Both the position numbers and the translations under genes were made by a program. This document shows, piece after piece, positions 39,909 through 53,567 of a stretch of 64,000 nt of DNA. The notes beneath the pieces are model-generated. The model did no database searches. It was not told the DNA's origin and saw nothing but the letters and a program-made list of their open reading frames with translations. Each line of letters starts with the position of its first letter. The first letter of the stretch is position 1. Source of the DNA: Octopus sinensis (lineage: Eukaryota); NCBI RefSeq assembly GCF_006345805.1, contig NC_043003.1:5146001-5210000 (forward strand), in the 5' to 3' direction.

Positions 39909-39964
<56 letters not shown>

Positions 39965-41374
39965 GCACACACATACATACATATATATTATACCTACAGG
40001 CTATATGCCATAACTAAGAATATATCACTTGACTATATAAAAATATAACTGCTCAAGATTTCTTTCAGGTAGTACTTTTTTCTGATTTATGGACAACTAA
40101 CAGATAATGTATATTAAAGGGAAAGAGAGGTAGAGAGAGAAAGAGTAATAAAGAACGAGAGGGAGAGAGAGAGAAACAGACGAACAGATAGACAGACAAA
40201 GATAGAAAGTAGCATTCACACCCACTGCTGTTGATATATAGAGATGCAGAGATAGACAACAATAAGAATTACATCATGTTAACGATTTCATCATAAGTCG
40301 TTTCTTGTCACAAAGTGAGGTCTCTGTTACTCTTTTGAAATGTAATACGAACCGGTCCCTGTCTTTGTAACCACTTCATTCATCTTTCGTTCAGCGAAAA
40401 ATATTATTGAAAAACACCATACTGGAAAAAGAAATTCACAGACACTAGCGACAAATTGTAGACGAAAGAATGAATATCAACGTAGAAGAGTAGATACCAA
40501 TAAAACTGTGCAAGCTGATACTGTTAAACCCTTTAGTCATTCGACTGAAGCCAAAAAGCGACACACACGAAACTCTCTACACTTGAGTCACTTCAACAAC
40601 TCTCTAGCGATAAAAAAGCGTATAAAAATATGTGTACACCAGTTGACACATACTGAGTTCTATATACCCAGCATGATTCGCCAAACTCATGGACATCCTT
40701 ATACAAGCATATATATTAATAGACATATATAATTTAAGTTCGATTACGAGGAACGGTTTCAATATGCAAATAAAAGCTCCTAGCCTAATATGCTGGCTAC
40801 AGCCTAATGCTGCCAACCAGCGACACCAGAAGATCCCTGTGGTCGCCCTGACTTGTAACGATATTAAGCATAATTGATAAATAACCCTTAGTTAAACATC
40901 CGTCATTGCTATGTCGGCCGAAGAAATGAATGCATGAACAAGATCTACCCGATGTCCGTGGATATTACGGATTGTATTGTAATCATCCCAGCAATACGGT
41001 CTATGATCTCAAGAAATATATGATTTGTGGAAACGAGCGTAGCGATGCATTAGCATATTCATAAATTCCGTCCAAGAATTATCATATTATATACATATAT
41101 ATATATATATAAATATATGTAAGTATGCATGTATATATACATGAACTTATGTACATACACACATACATACATACATGTATATAAATATCATTAATAAAAA
41201 AAGAAATTGTATTAACGCTTTACCGCGCATTCACACGGACCCTTGTCCTTCCGAATGGCATTGGAGGACCTAACCTAATTCGCGGAAGTTTTCTTCCATC
41301 GGGTTACATCACCTCATTCATTATATATCTCTGTGTGTGCATACATATATAATATATGTAGGAATATAATATAC

Positions 41375-41418
<44 letters not shown>

Positions 41419-41540
41419 TATATATATTATATATATATTATATATGTATGTATATACAAGCGCGAGTGTGATCATAAGTATACGTGTGTGTATGTATATA
41501 TAAATATATATATTTATAAATATACAGATATATATATATA

Positions 41541-41696
41541 AATTAAAACAGATTAGGAGATCGAAAATCCACCTGACGAATGTTATTGAAGACATGAAAC
41601 GATTGTAGTGGCGGTTTATTTCTTTATATTAAAAATTTTTATGTATTGATTAAGTCTTTCCTTGTTTGTTTTGCAAAATAGTGGTTTTGTCTCGAA

Positions 41697-41705
<9 letters not shown>
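41541..41705 (+). mobile_element. PLE pLTR-like repeat family F inserted in (TA)n
   Basis: Contains a hammerhead; 3' motif ATAGTGGTTTTGTCTC shared with 14320-14335; flanked by a duplicated ATATATATTTATAAATATACAGATATATA. Confidence 0.7.
41569..41611 (+). ncRNA. Complete monomeric type I hammerhead ribozyme
   Basis: CCAC CUGACGA AUGU-UAUUGAAG-ACAU GAAA C-GAUU-G UA GUGG; predicted cleavage after GUA (A41607). Confidence 0.75.
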
Positions 41706-41728
<23 letters not shown>

Positions 41729-41742
41729 TTATAAATATACAG

Positions 41743-41785
<43 letters not shown>

Positions 41786-41793
41786 CATACGCA

Positions 41794-41843
<50 letters not shown>

Positions 41844-42489
41844 TATAAACATATAAATATATATATATATATATATACTCTCCTTCATAGTATTTACTGT
41901 GGATGAAATCAACTTTTTTGTCGAAATCTCAGTCATGTTTTTTGAATTGAAAGAACATCAAACGTAACATCTGATTAATTGCTGCCTCTTACCAATTCCA
42001 CCAACACGATGTATTACCGAATCTTCTTCCAACTGTCAGAATCATTCTGCCAGAATACAGTGGAATGGTGACGTTAGAATCAGATTCGAAAATTGCATAC
42101 CTTACTGCTCTCTTGACTCTGGCCTCTAGAACAGGAATTACCACTTTCCTGACAATGTACCTGATTGTTCCAAAGTCACGTGAATCCGAATATAAATTGG
42201 TAACTGGCATCATTTGATGAAAGTTGATGGCAGAACGATGTAACCTCACAAGACAACAAAATGCAATAATTTTTAGAAGTCTTTCGATGCTGCTGAAATG
42301 CCGAGATTACTATTAGGTTTTCGTCATTTTCTTTGTTCAAAGGAAATTTTATTTGGGGGGGAAAAACAGTAAAGAATATGAGAAAGAGAAAAAGACGGAA
42401 GATAAGAAGGAAAAAAAAAATTTTAATAGCAGTTCAATTATGTGGAAGAGAAATGCTAATAACAATAATAATCTCTCCCAGCTTGCAGC

Positions 42490-43053
42490 AATAATAATGC
42501 CAGGCTGTGGCTCTCATGGCTTCTGATCATAACTGATTAGAAGTGCTATCATGTACAAGTTTTGTCTTGGCATAAAAGATAGGACACAGCAAATATTCTG
42601 CTCACTACCTCAGATTTCCTTGTCAGTGGTTTGACCTTAACCTGTTAAGCATGTTAACCACGAGGATGGTTTGTGTTTCTCTGATCACGAGCAAAAGTAG
42701 TGGGAGAGCATCACAGCCATGTGCTAGGGTGAATTCTTTGGGATTTCAATAATTCACCACTGGAAACATGGGTGTTTTGTTCATACTCCTTAAACAAGCT
42801 TTATACTGGGACCTTTTGAGTGAGATGTGCTACTCGACCTGAATAAAATTTTAACTGGGCCCCAGCTGAAATGTCATGCGCTGTCTATCTTGATACGAGA
42901 CCACCATGTCGCGCACATGCTGTTGTGATGCATGTGATTGGTGCACCCTTATCGGACGCGTAGTCATAATGGATATATTGCACTTCGTATATTTTACCCC
43001 AGGGTCATTTTGATAGCTTGCCCTGCTCTTTCACTCAATAATAATAATAATAA
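42490..43053 (+). mobile_element. Dispersed repeat ending in (AAT)n (LINE 3'UTR/SINE-like)
   Basis: Homologous to 63795-64000 (TTATCATGTACA..TTTTGTCTTGG.ATAAAAGAT..G..ACAGCAAATATTCTGCTC); (AAT)n tail 43037-43053. Confidence 0.65.
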
Positions 43054-43057
43054 ATAT

Positions 43058-43355
43058 GAGTGGTACAGAGAAAATAGCAAAGTACCAAGACCTAACTATT
43101 GGATTACAGAGACTATGGAAAGTGCGGGTAGAACGTATCGCAGTAGTTATAAGAGCATTGAGAACTATCCTTAAAAATTTTAACAAATGGATTAATGAAA
43201 TTGGCATAAAACCTAGTCTTGTACAGCTCCAGAAAACAGTATTATTAGGGACAGCTAGGATATTTAAGAAGGTGCTTGGGATTTAAGGTTACTTGCTTTA
43301 ACCCGATGTTAGGATTTTCTCTTTTCCAACAGTCTATTCTGTTGTGTGTATATGA
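43058..43355 (+). mobile_element. R4/Dong-like RLE LINE, 5'-truncated 3' end
   Basis: EKIAKYQDLTIGLQRLWKVRVERIAVVIRAL...LQKTVLLGTARIFKKVLGI*, short 3'UTR, (AAC)n(AAT)n tail. Confidence 0.85.
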
Positions 43356-43380
43356 AAATAACAACAACAACAACAACAAC

Positions 43381-43440
<60 letters not shown>

Positions 43441-44032
43441 TCGCACAATGTGAATACAAAAGGAGACACGACAATGAGGCCAGTTAAGTCCAATGGTTGT
43501 TGTGCGTTAAAGCAAACCTGGAAAGATCCGAACAATGGTATGAACATAAACAAGAGGGAGTAACGGAAAACGAACATTACAAAATACTCTGGAATTTTAT
43601 CATGCAGTGCGCCCAAGTCACAGAGGCGAAACGTCCAGATACTGTGATCCTCCAGAAAGATGAAAAAGAAGCAAAGATAATAGATGTTGCAATACCAGGC
43701 GATTCTAGGGTGAAAAGGTAAGGAAAGAGAGAAGATTGAGAAATACTAGCCACTGTGGGACGAGATAGGAAAGTTCTGGGGCATGAGGAAAGTAATGGTG
43801 ATACCGGTGGTAATTGGAACATTAGGAGCAGTTTCCAAGGGCTTTGAAAAACATATTTAGAATATTGGAGCTGCTGTCAGGCTCAAAGTGATCCAAACAC
43901 AGCATTGTTGGGTACAGCTTGCATTCTAAGGAGAGTATTGTCTTTTTGAGTCACAGAAGGCACTAATTGAAACCTTTGGTGATTTGTTATTACCTGCTTC
44001 CAAGTAATTAAGAACTATCAGAGAGTCTTTCA
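43441..44032 (+). mobile_element. R4/Dong-like RLE LINE, 5'-truncated, endonuclease domain
   Basis: AQCEYKRRHDN, WYEHKQEGVTENEHYKILWNF, KRPDTVI...IIDVAIPGD (PD-(D/E)xK nuclease), (AAT)n tail from 44033. Confidence 0.9.
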
Positions 44033-45406
44033 TAATAATAATAATAATAGTAATAATAATAATAATAGTAATAATAATAATAACAATAATGAGAATAAAA
44101 CTAATAATAATGATAAAAACGGCGAATAAAAATTATAGTCACGTAGCTCTTTTTTCATTTCAATTCTGGGTAGGGATGACGCATTAAATGTTATCCAACT
44201 ATTAATCGAACAACATTGGCAACAACTTCAAGAATATCATCAATTGGAATTTCGATAGAATAATGAATAAATATAAAGTGATTTTGATCCATAAGCGAAA
44301 TAATTTGACCATGGTGTTCACCTTTAACCTTTGACCAAAGCAGGAGTTCATGAAAATTGTTAACGTTTCAGGTTAACAGAGACCTATTTCGTTTTTAACT
44401 GCCTAATATTAGTAGAAAATGTTATTTCAGAAGTCGATTCCCTAAAATTCCTTTATGTTTCAATTGTCTAAAAATTTCACTAGTCTCGGTTTTAAGTGTA
44501 CCCATTTCTATAGGAATTTTGTAGCTACCAATTCTACATTTGTTTGTGAAACTGAATTTATTGACCACTTGCAAAGAAAATGGTGTGGACGGCGGCGGAA
44601 TTGCCAAACATAAAGTGTTGCTGCTGTGAATATCAAATACTCACGTATAGAATTGATTAGAGAGGGATAGAGGAGTGTATATAGATAAACAGGATTGGAA
44701 ACGATTATGTAATGATTCCAATAGACTCACACACCGGAATGACCATAAATTTTCATTTCGTATATCAAGTAGATTTATCATGCATACAACATCGTTATTA
44801 GGGAGACTAATAATACTGTCCGGTTAGTTTGAGAACAGGTAGAGTTAATTATATAAGAGGAAATGAAAGATCTTAAACATATATTGGCTAAAATGGAGCA
44901 AAAGAAACTACACGATTTCTCATTTGAGCCGTAATAGAATTGGCGACGATGAAATATACTCCAAGACATGAAAATACGTAATCGGAGTCATTTTAAGATT
45001 TTAGTGTCGAAGAAGAAAACGATAATGGTGAAATAACAAAGAGTTGTTAGGGAGAAATTTGGTTGAAGTCTGGGAAATATACTCTCAATGAAGATTTGTA
45101 GAGAAAATTCAAGGAAACAATTGTAAAAGATAAAATCTTCAGTAGTGAACTTTGTTGCTGATTCGCTGTAGAATTTTGTAGAATCTCAAATCAATAATAA
45201 TTAACAAAGAGGGGAATGGATCGATTGAGTGTCGGAAGGATACAATGTATTTTAGAGTTACAACCGTTTTGGTTATAAGTTCCGGTTTTGATAAATTTTA
45301 ACAATTATAGGCTTGTGACTACCAAAGGAATGCCTGGAAGAGAAATATGTAAAACCGGAAGTTGGATATATACATACAGGCATACATGCATTCATACGTA
45401 CATACA

Positions 45407-45455
<49 letters not shown>

Positions 45456-48122
45456 GTCAAATAAAAAGAGTTTGGTTACAGGAATAATGTTTCTTAGTTA
45501 CAAGAGGGACAAGAAGGTGACGACTTATTCTGAAAAAAATATTTTAAGTTGAATTACTGATTATCTGGCGCTCTTGCAGTCTTTGTCCATCATTTCTTTC
45601 ATCTACTCTCAGTTAAAACAATGTCCTTCAAAGCTACCAGTACCTGAAATCGCTGCTTTTTAAAGGGATCCTATACTTGTGGAGGTCTAAATCCACATTC
45701 GCATTTACGACACAAACAGCATTAAACAATGTGAATTTGATTCCCATCAGCAGACTCTTGCTTGAAGACGACAAATCGATTCCAATATTAATCGACTGCA
45801 TTGATCCCAATAATGGATTGACAATTTATTGTAACGATCCCGGAAACCCGAAAGAAAGTGTTTACCTCATCGAAATTTGAACTCAGAACCTATAAGAGAC
45901 TTGTTTCCAAAAATCTCTTGTCGGCTACGGCTCTGATAGACCCTATAATTTTTAACTCGCATCCTTAATATATGAAATATTCTTCTTATTTTTTGTTTGC
46001 GCTCGTTGATGTGGTTGTTTTTGCTAAAATTACTGAACGCCATTTTCATATTCTTTCGTCCTGAAATAATATTTAAAAAAAGCTATTTCCCAGCCGTGTT
46101 CAAACGTTGTAGTTTAGTGTGAAATTTTAGTTGATATTAGAAAGAAGATATTGTGTGATTTAAGGTAGACACTAAGTAGTATGGAAAAAAATTACTGTCA
46201 TCATCACCAGTTATTCATCACTATTAATTAAAGTGCAGCAAGATAAATATGCCAATGGTGAGTCGTTGAACTGCTTTATTGAGGAACGTAGTAAGTTTGC
46301 CATCATTCAAACAGCAACCACCAAGAAAATGGTTCTCGTAAAACAAAGTAAAGCGAAACAGTATTGAACGGAAGACATAAAGCAATGAAGATTTGGCCTT
46401 TGAGAATAATTATATGAAATGTAAACGAAAACTCTTCTGTTTAGTGTCGATGTACTCAGCAATGCTTCTGGGGGTTTTAAATAGCCACTTGAGAGTTATA
46501 AATCTAAAGATTGATCGCTTTATACAAGAGTCGTTATATTTAATTGCAGTGCTTGTTCTAGAATATTTTCTTTGTTGTCGGTGACCCCGGTGGCGTTTTC
46601 ATTCCCGATTTAAAATTCCACACTCTCCACGTAAACAGGCAGCTTTTTAAGTCCACAAGCATCCATTGATAATCATTGTGATTAAGAAATTTCATTGCAA
46701 ATATAAATGTCGTTAAGTTCACGACTTTTACAGTTATAATGACCTTAGAAATATGTCCCTTTGCCGGCTCAACAGGAAATAACAGCAAGAAGAAAACAAA
46801 ATAGAGTACGTTTCATGACATGAAAGAAGGCTAAATAGGATACCATTAACTAAAAACACATCTACGTATCTGTTCTGTACATAATTACGCAGAAAACAGG
46901 CGATTAATGATGGCTGCAAAACTCATAATTTCAGTCTAAAAATAAAGATGGATAAAATGTTTACTAATCGCCAATCAAAAGTCCTGTTTGAGCATTGATG
47001 TACTGTGCTGACGGACAAATATTCCTGTTCTGGCAATAAGGTGAACACTAACCTTGTTAGTCCTACCAATAAAGCTGCAACAATATGCACCAAATGAACA
47101 GCAAACTGAAGATATGACTGAGAACGTCAAAATGTATCGATGATGAATGAGCAAATTACTCTTCACATTAAAAAATGAATAAATAAATAGTAATTGTCTG
47201 GAACTCATAAGAATGTATTAAAAGATAAATCACAAATATTGTCGTGTTTTACCCACAATATCTCTAAAATAAAACTTATTCCACATACTTACACACTCAT
47301 GTATGTATGTATATATGTATGTATGTATGTATGCATGTATTATCCATATATTGTGTTGAAAAATAAATATCTAATTTTTGATATTGAATAGTAAATATCA
47401 GTCTGAGAAGCCGACTTTAAATCTGGAAGAATTATATTGAATTTGCAGCCATCTCTCTTGAGTTTGCTATACAATCTAATTACTGTTTGTTCTCTTCCTA
47501 CCTCCACTCCTTCTTTCCCTCCTTTCTCAAATTGTAAACATTACTTGCTACAAACACTCTGGTCAGTAACAATGGCAGGCAGTGCTAACAGTCTGTACTA
47601 CTTGTGGGGCGCAGTGTCGGTTAAAAGATTTGCTAGAAACAGCAGCCTCATAGTCATCGATTTCTAACGACTTCAGTCTCATATACAATTAAAATGGCCA
47701 CGGCAGTGCCAGCTAGAGAGAAGTTAAGAAGGTCATATATCCACAGTACAAAGAGAAGTATAAAGAGAGATGAGTAAAAACTGAAAAGAGATTCTAAATT
47801 AGTCAAAACAGAAATCACAACGCAAACAATTTCGATTTGTCGAATAATATTTGCTAAGCTATCCTACGGTACCGTCCTTCACTTTTGACCTTAATTATTT
47901 TAAGGCTGATACAATCCATTCCATTCTGTTTTTTTTTTCAATTGAATATCAAAAAATATTCATTTCTTCAATGATTACTTAGAAGACAAAATACTGTAAA
48001 ATTACCGTTACCACCTTTTAATTCTAAGCGTTGAACAGACTGAGTAATTCGTTCTTGAATATGGCCGTCGGTGAGGATTCTTATTTACTTTAAAATAATT
48101 CATTCACATACATATATATGTG

Positions 48123-48321
48123 CGCCATGATAGATCGTTAGCCACTACACACATTTTTCTCTCCTTTTTTCTCTCCTTGTTTTTTCTGTGTCTCTTTCTG
48201 TAAAAGAGCGTAGGCTCGAAACGTAAAAGACTTTTTCTATTCCTGAGCGTTATACTAATACATCTGTTTGCTTTGTACACCACCTGTCTTCGTCTTTTGT
48301 TTTTTTTCGTGAACTCTCCCT
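48123..48321 (+). mobile_element. PLE pLTR-like repeat family A
   Basis: Hammerhead-like motif 48193-48230 with core CUGUAAA. Confidence 0.8.
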
Positions 48322-49169
48322 ATAAATGTGCGTGTGTGCGTATATTTGTGGATACGTTTGCGTGTATATACAGTATATTTCTATACAATATTCTATACAA
48401 TAAAAATACAACTTTACAGTTATCTGATGGGTTATTCTATACATTTGTAGGGTACAATTTTATTATTTTGAAACAAGAATAGTGTTGACAGTAACTTCGA
48501 AGCTACGGCCAGAATCATTGAAGTTAATCTTGACTTTGTATAGTCTCCGTTGAGTTGAAATTTTTCTTGTGTATAGAGTTTTCAGTAGAGTGGTAATTAT
48601 ATTTGAGGGTGGGTCGTTATGGAGAGGTGTTGTGGAGAAATTTTTATTGATTAAATTTAGGGTCATGTTATACTTTATAAATTATTCATGTTTATATATA
48701 TAGAGAGATAGATATATAGATTGATAGATAGATAGATACACACATACATACATTCATACACACATAATTGCGTATATATATGCTATATGCATACATATAC
48801 TGCTCACAAAAGCTTTTCAAATTTTTCAATCTTGTGGATTCTTGCGGAAGTCATACAGAAGTGACATATTTTACATTATGTAAAATGATAATATATAGAT
48901 TATGGTAAACGTAGGTGGAACACATATTAAACTTTCATTCAATGGGCACTTAAACCAGTTTCCCTTTTCAAGTCAGGCTTTCAATGAGTTCACATTTTAA
49001 TATTAATTACTAAGGAGATCCTTATAGCTTCTACACACAAACTCTCATTTATAATACTCCACCAACACCAACATATACCACCACCACCACCACCGCCGTC
49101 AACTATAACATGATATCTATTCTAATTTATGAACATAATGCAATCGTATCTACTTTCTATAAGCATGTA

Positions 49170-50164
49170 CGAGGTCTGATCAATAGATATCCGGACTGTG
49201 CCATAGCAACGAAAGTAAAAACATGCAGGGTGAAGTTGTTTGGCAAATATTGACCCCGGCCTCTGCTGTGCATGCGCACTAAGTTTTAACGTTCAAACTC
49301 ACTTCCGCTGTTTACAGCAGTGGTTGGAAGGAACGTGTGTAGCGTGTTATCGTCGTATTGACCATGGCAGAGACAGTTGTCATGGTGTCGAGCTGGCAGA
49401 ACCGTTAGCACGCCGGGCGAAATGCTTAGCAGTATTTCGTCTGCCGATATGTTCTGAGATCAAATTCCACCGAGGTCGACTTTGCTTTTCATCTTTACGG
49501 GGTCGTTTAAATAAGTACCAGTTACGCACTGGGGTCGATATAATCGACTTAATTCGTTTGTCTGTCCTTCTTTGTCCCCTCTGTGTTTAGCCCCTTGTAG
49601 GCAATAAAGAAATAAGAGACAGTTGTCATGACGATACCTGCGCAGGGTCTGCGCAAAGTTGCAGAAAGTGTATGGAGGGGAGTGTATGAGCGGTAGACAA
49701 GTGCACAAGGGGTTCGGATGTTTCAAATATCTGAAAATATGTCGATATCAGAAAATATGTCGATATTGACGAACGTCCTGGAAGACCGGCAATCAACAGA
49801 ACTGAGAAGAACACGGAAGATGTGCGTGCAACCTTTATGGAAAATCGTCGAACCAGCATCCGTGGGAAATGAGAGGAAGTGCAGATTATTTACGGTTCAG
49901 TTCAGTCCATAATCACAGATGATCTTGGTATGAGAGGCGCGTATGCAAGGTTTGTGCCAAAAATTGCTTTCAGCCGACCAAAAAGACGATCGGGTTTCAG
50001 TTGCACAGGTATGGCCAAGCTTTTGACAAAATTTGCTGCTAGAACGTTGAAACCAAGTGCGCATGCACAGCAGATTTCAAGGTTAATCAGTACTAAGCGG
50101 CTTCACTGCGTACTTTAACTTCGTTACTATGGCAACAATCCGGATACATATTGAGCAGACCACG
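49170..50164 (+). mobile_element. Mariner transposon deletion derivative
   Basis: TA duplication at both ends; about 50 bp TIRs (CGAGGTCTGATCAATAGATATCCGGA / TCCGGATACATATTGAGCAGACCACG); N-terminal transposase relic DERPGRP, YGSVQSIITDDLGMRGAYARFVPKI; catalytic domain missing. Confidence 0.9.
49385..49614 (+). mobile_element. SINE family B nested in the mariner
   Basis: 16 bp TSD AGAGACAGTTGTCATG at 49369-49384 and 49615-49630. Confidence 0.95.
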
Positions 50165-50639
50165 TATGTATATACATGTATTTTTACACACATATGTGAA
50201 TTTATTATATATATATATATATATATATATACATGAATACATAGATAAGTCATGTATACAAACGTGCCTTTATATTATTATTATTATCATTATCATTATT
50301 ATTATTATTACTGTGCATTTTAGTGATTTCGGTTATAGTTTCACGGTCAGACTGGAGCACAACGTTCAATAATTTATTGACATTTCTATTTACATGGGCC
50401 CCCATACCGTTTCATACAAACAGATCAAGTATTATTTAGGAAAGAGAAAAGAGCTGCTATTTCTAATAAGCTCTGACCAGGAGTAGATACTTCTTTGTAG
50501 GCAGAACTCTAGATAATATGCGAAGGTCTATTTTGGATAAATTTCATAGGTTTATTGCGTTCAGTGACCTGAACATTGCAGTTACACAGGAAAGTTTGAC
50601 TTTTGTTGAATCAGATATTGGGTATCAAAATGCGGCACA

Positions 50640-50833
50640 TGGCCAGCAATTTCATAGCAGAGGTAAGTTAATTACATCGACCCCCGCGCCCAGTGCTAAA
50701 ACTGTAATTATATTATCGACGCCAAAAGAATGAAATGCAATTCCAATCCCAGCGGCACTCAGAGTGCGAAGTGGATGAAATGCCGCTGAGCAATTTGCCC
50801 GACGTGTTTAGCGATTCTGCCAGCTCGCCGCCT
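50640..50833 (-). mobile_element. SINE family B, degraded
   Basis: Ends GATTCTGCCAGCTCGCCGCC. Confidence 0.7.
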
Positions 50834-52294
50834 TCTTTTAATTAATCATTTATTCCCATGTCTTATATGCAGGGATGTATTACATTTTGTGATCTTATAG
50901 TATATATTGTGCCGAGTTATATATTGTGTTGTATAAATATATCCTGTTATATGATATAATATGAGGTATCTCATAACGTTATGTATCTTATATATTTCTT
51001 ATATAATTTGTTATATATTGCGATAGATCATATTTTGTGTTATGGTTTATAACGAGTCATATATCGTAACACACTCGAGACATGCCGATGAATAGTAGAT
51101 CGTGACGTGTCACAATCTATGATGCATCATATATTGTGGTATAGAATTTATCATGATATATCATATATAGAAATGTGTCCTAAATATAGCGATTGGTTAT
51201 ACACTATGATGAATCTTACATATTGTGCCGGGTTACGTATCATATACTCTGATGTATAATATGCGGCCTTGCATCATAAGTTGTGATATGACGCTCAATT
51301 TATTGTGACTCATCGTGTGATACACTACACATTTTATGGCAGGTCATATATATTGTGGCGCATCATATATAATGTGACGTGTCATATGATGTAACGAACA
51401 TTCAGCCTAAATCTATTGACTGAAAATATTCATAAATCTATTGACAAATTGATTCATTCTAAAAATTCCTCCGTTTAACACTTAACTTGAACTCCTCTCC
51501 ATAACCTCCCTAAATACTTTCAAACACATACAACAGTTTATTTCAATTTTTTAAATCCCATTACACAACCCCAACTACCCACACCACCACTGTTATCCGG
51601 TAATAAAACAGAGTTTTGCATATGCCTATATATAAAAGGAGTTTCTTGATAATTCCGTTCTGCCATAACCATAATCTTTCCTGTCGTTATTCAAGTCTAT
51701 CTAAGTGTTTTCTTTCTCTAGTGATATGCTTTGATTAAATGTTCCGTTCGATTTATGATATCACACCATGTAATATATTACGTTCAATCTATAATAATCA
51801 TTTCATGAGGAGAACATTTTACAAAATAGAAGCGAAAGAATGAGAGGAAAAAATAGAAAATGGAAGTTCCTTTTATATTCTAAATGGCATTCGAGATGAA
51901 TAATTAAACGAAGAATTTGAAGCGCGGGTCGACAAGGTACATCTCAGAAAGTGTATGCGGTGTTGTTAAAGGCATCAACGTCAAACTGCTAACATCGAGT
52001 TCAGCAGGGGATCAGAGAAAAATTTCTATACACAACTGAAGGAACAGCAGAACAGGGGTAAGAGACGGAGAGGGGAAAAAATAGCAGAAGAAAAGACACA
52101 TACAGGCACTTGCACACGCATTTTCACACCTGAACGGAATGTGTGTATTTTATATCTGTACGAATACGTAGGTATACACACACATATATTTGTGTATGTG
52201 CTCGTCTACGGATATGAAGTGTATAATATATTTCTATTCATAGACACAAAGAAATATATACATGTGTCACTATATATAACAGTTTATGTTTGTG

Positions 52295-52433
<139 letters not shown>

Positions 52434-53008
52434 GTGTGTGTGTATGTGTGTTTGTGGATATGTGATTTTATATAGACCAAAAAGATATAAAGATAAAGAG
52501 TGAGATATATTTGTGTATACTACATATCCATGTGTGCAACCGTACATTTGACAATAAGTGTGTGTGCGTTTTGTATATAGGAAAGAATAATTTCAATAAG
52601 TGTTGGTAGACAAAACGTACAACGTATCTCTTGCGGTATATTGTTAAAAATAGATGAGATCTGATGTAAAATCATATTAAAGGGGGACAAACAGAGAGAG
52701 ATAAAGAATGTGTTTGGATGCAAGTGGGATTTATATCGTGCATATATTTATATTTATATATATATATATGTGTATATATATATATATATATACAGAGAGA
52801 GAGAGAGGGGGGTTGTATGTATGGTAAACGGACGAATGGATTTTGCGGTATATCTACAAATGTTTCATTAAGAGAATATATTGTGACGTAAAGTTTAACA
52901 AGAAGCCTACTAGAGATTTGCAAAATTCATAAGACTATCTATATGCATAAACATAACCGTGCTTATATCGTATGTGTGTGTGTGTACATCTATGTTTGTA
53001 TGCATGTA

Positions 53009-53039
<31 letters not shown>

Positions 53040-53053
<14 letters not shown>

Positions 53054-53118
53054 TCACACACACACCACACACACACACATATATATATATAAATATGACG
53101 CATGTATATATACATATT

Positions 53119-53152
<34 letters not shown>

Positions 53153-53182
53153 AATATGAACGCATGTATATATATACATATT

Positions 53183-53216
<34 letters not shown>

Positions 53217-53246
53217 AATATGAACGCATGTATATATATACATATT

Positions 53247-53278
<32 letters not shown>

Positions 53279-53306
53279 AATATGAACGCATGTATATATA
53301 CATATT

Positions 53307-53344
<38 letters not shown>

Positions 53345-53374
53345 AATATGAACGCATGTATATATATACATATT

Positions 53375-53406
<32 letters not shown>

Positions 53407-53435
53407 AATATGAACGCATGTATATATACATATTC

Positions 53436-53477
<42 letters not shown>

Positions 53478-53520
53478 AATATGAACGCATGTATATATAT
53501 ACATATTCACACACACACAC

Positions 53521-53525
<5 letters not shown>
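53040..53525. repeat. Compound minisatellite, about 60 bp unit TATAAATATGAACGCATGTATATATACATATTC(AC)n(AT)n, about 7 units
   Basis: Direct reading. Confidence 0.9.

Positions 53526-53567
<42 letters not shown>

Noticed and set aside
41989-42249. 86 aa ORF ending at a strong GTAAG donor-like site
   Set aside because: Weak acceptor, no recognisable protein and no partner exons; another frame vaguely resembles a LINE endonuclease. Left unresolved; RNA-seq would decide.
45677-45880. 67 aa ORF
   Set aside because: Its 3' half is a degraded antisense SINE B fragment.
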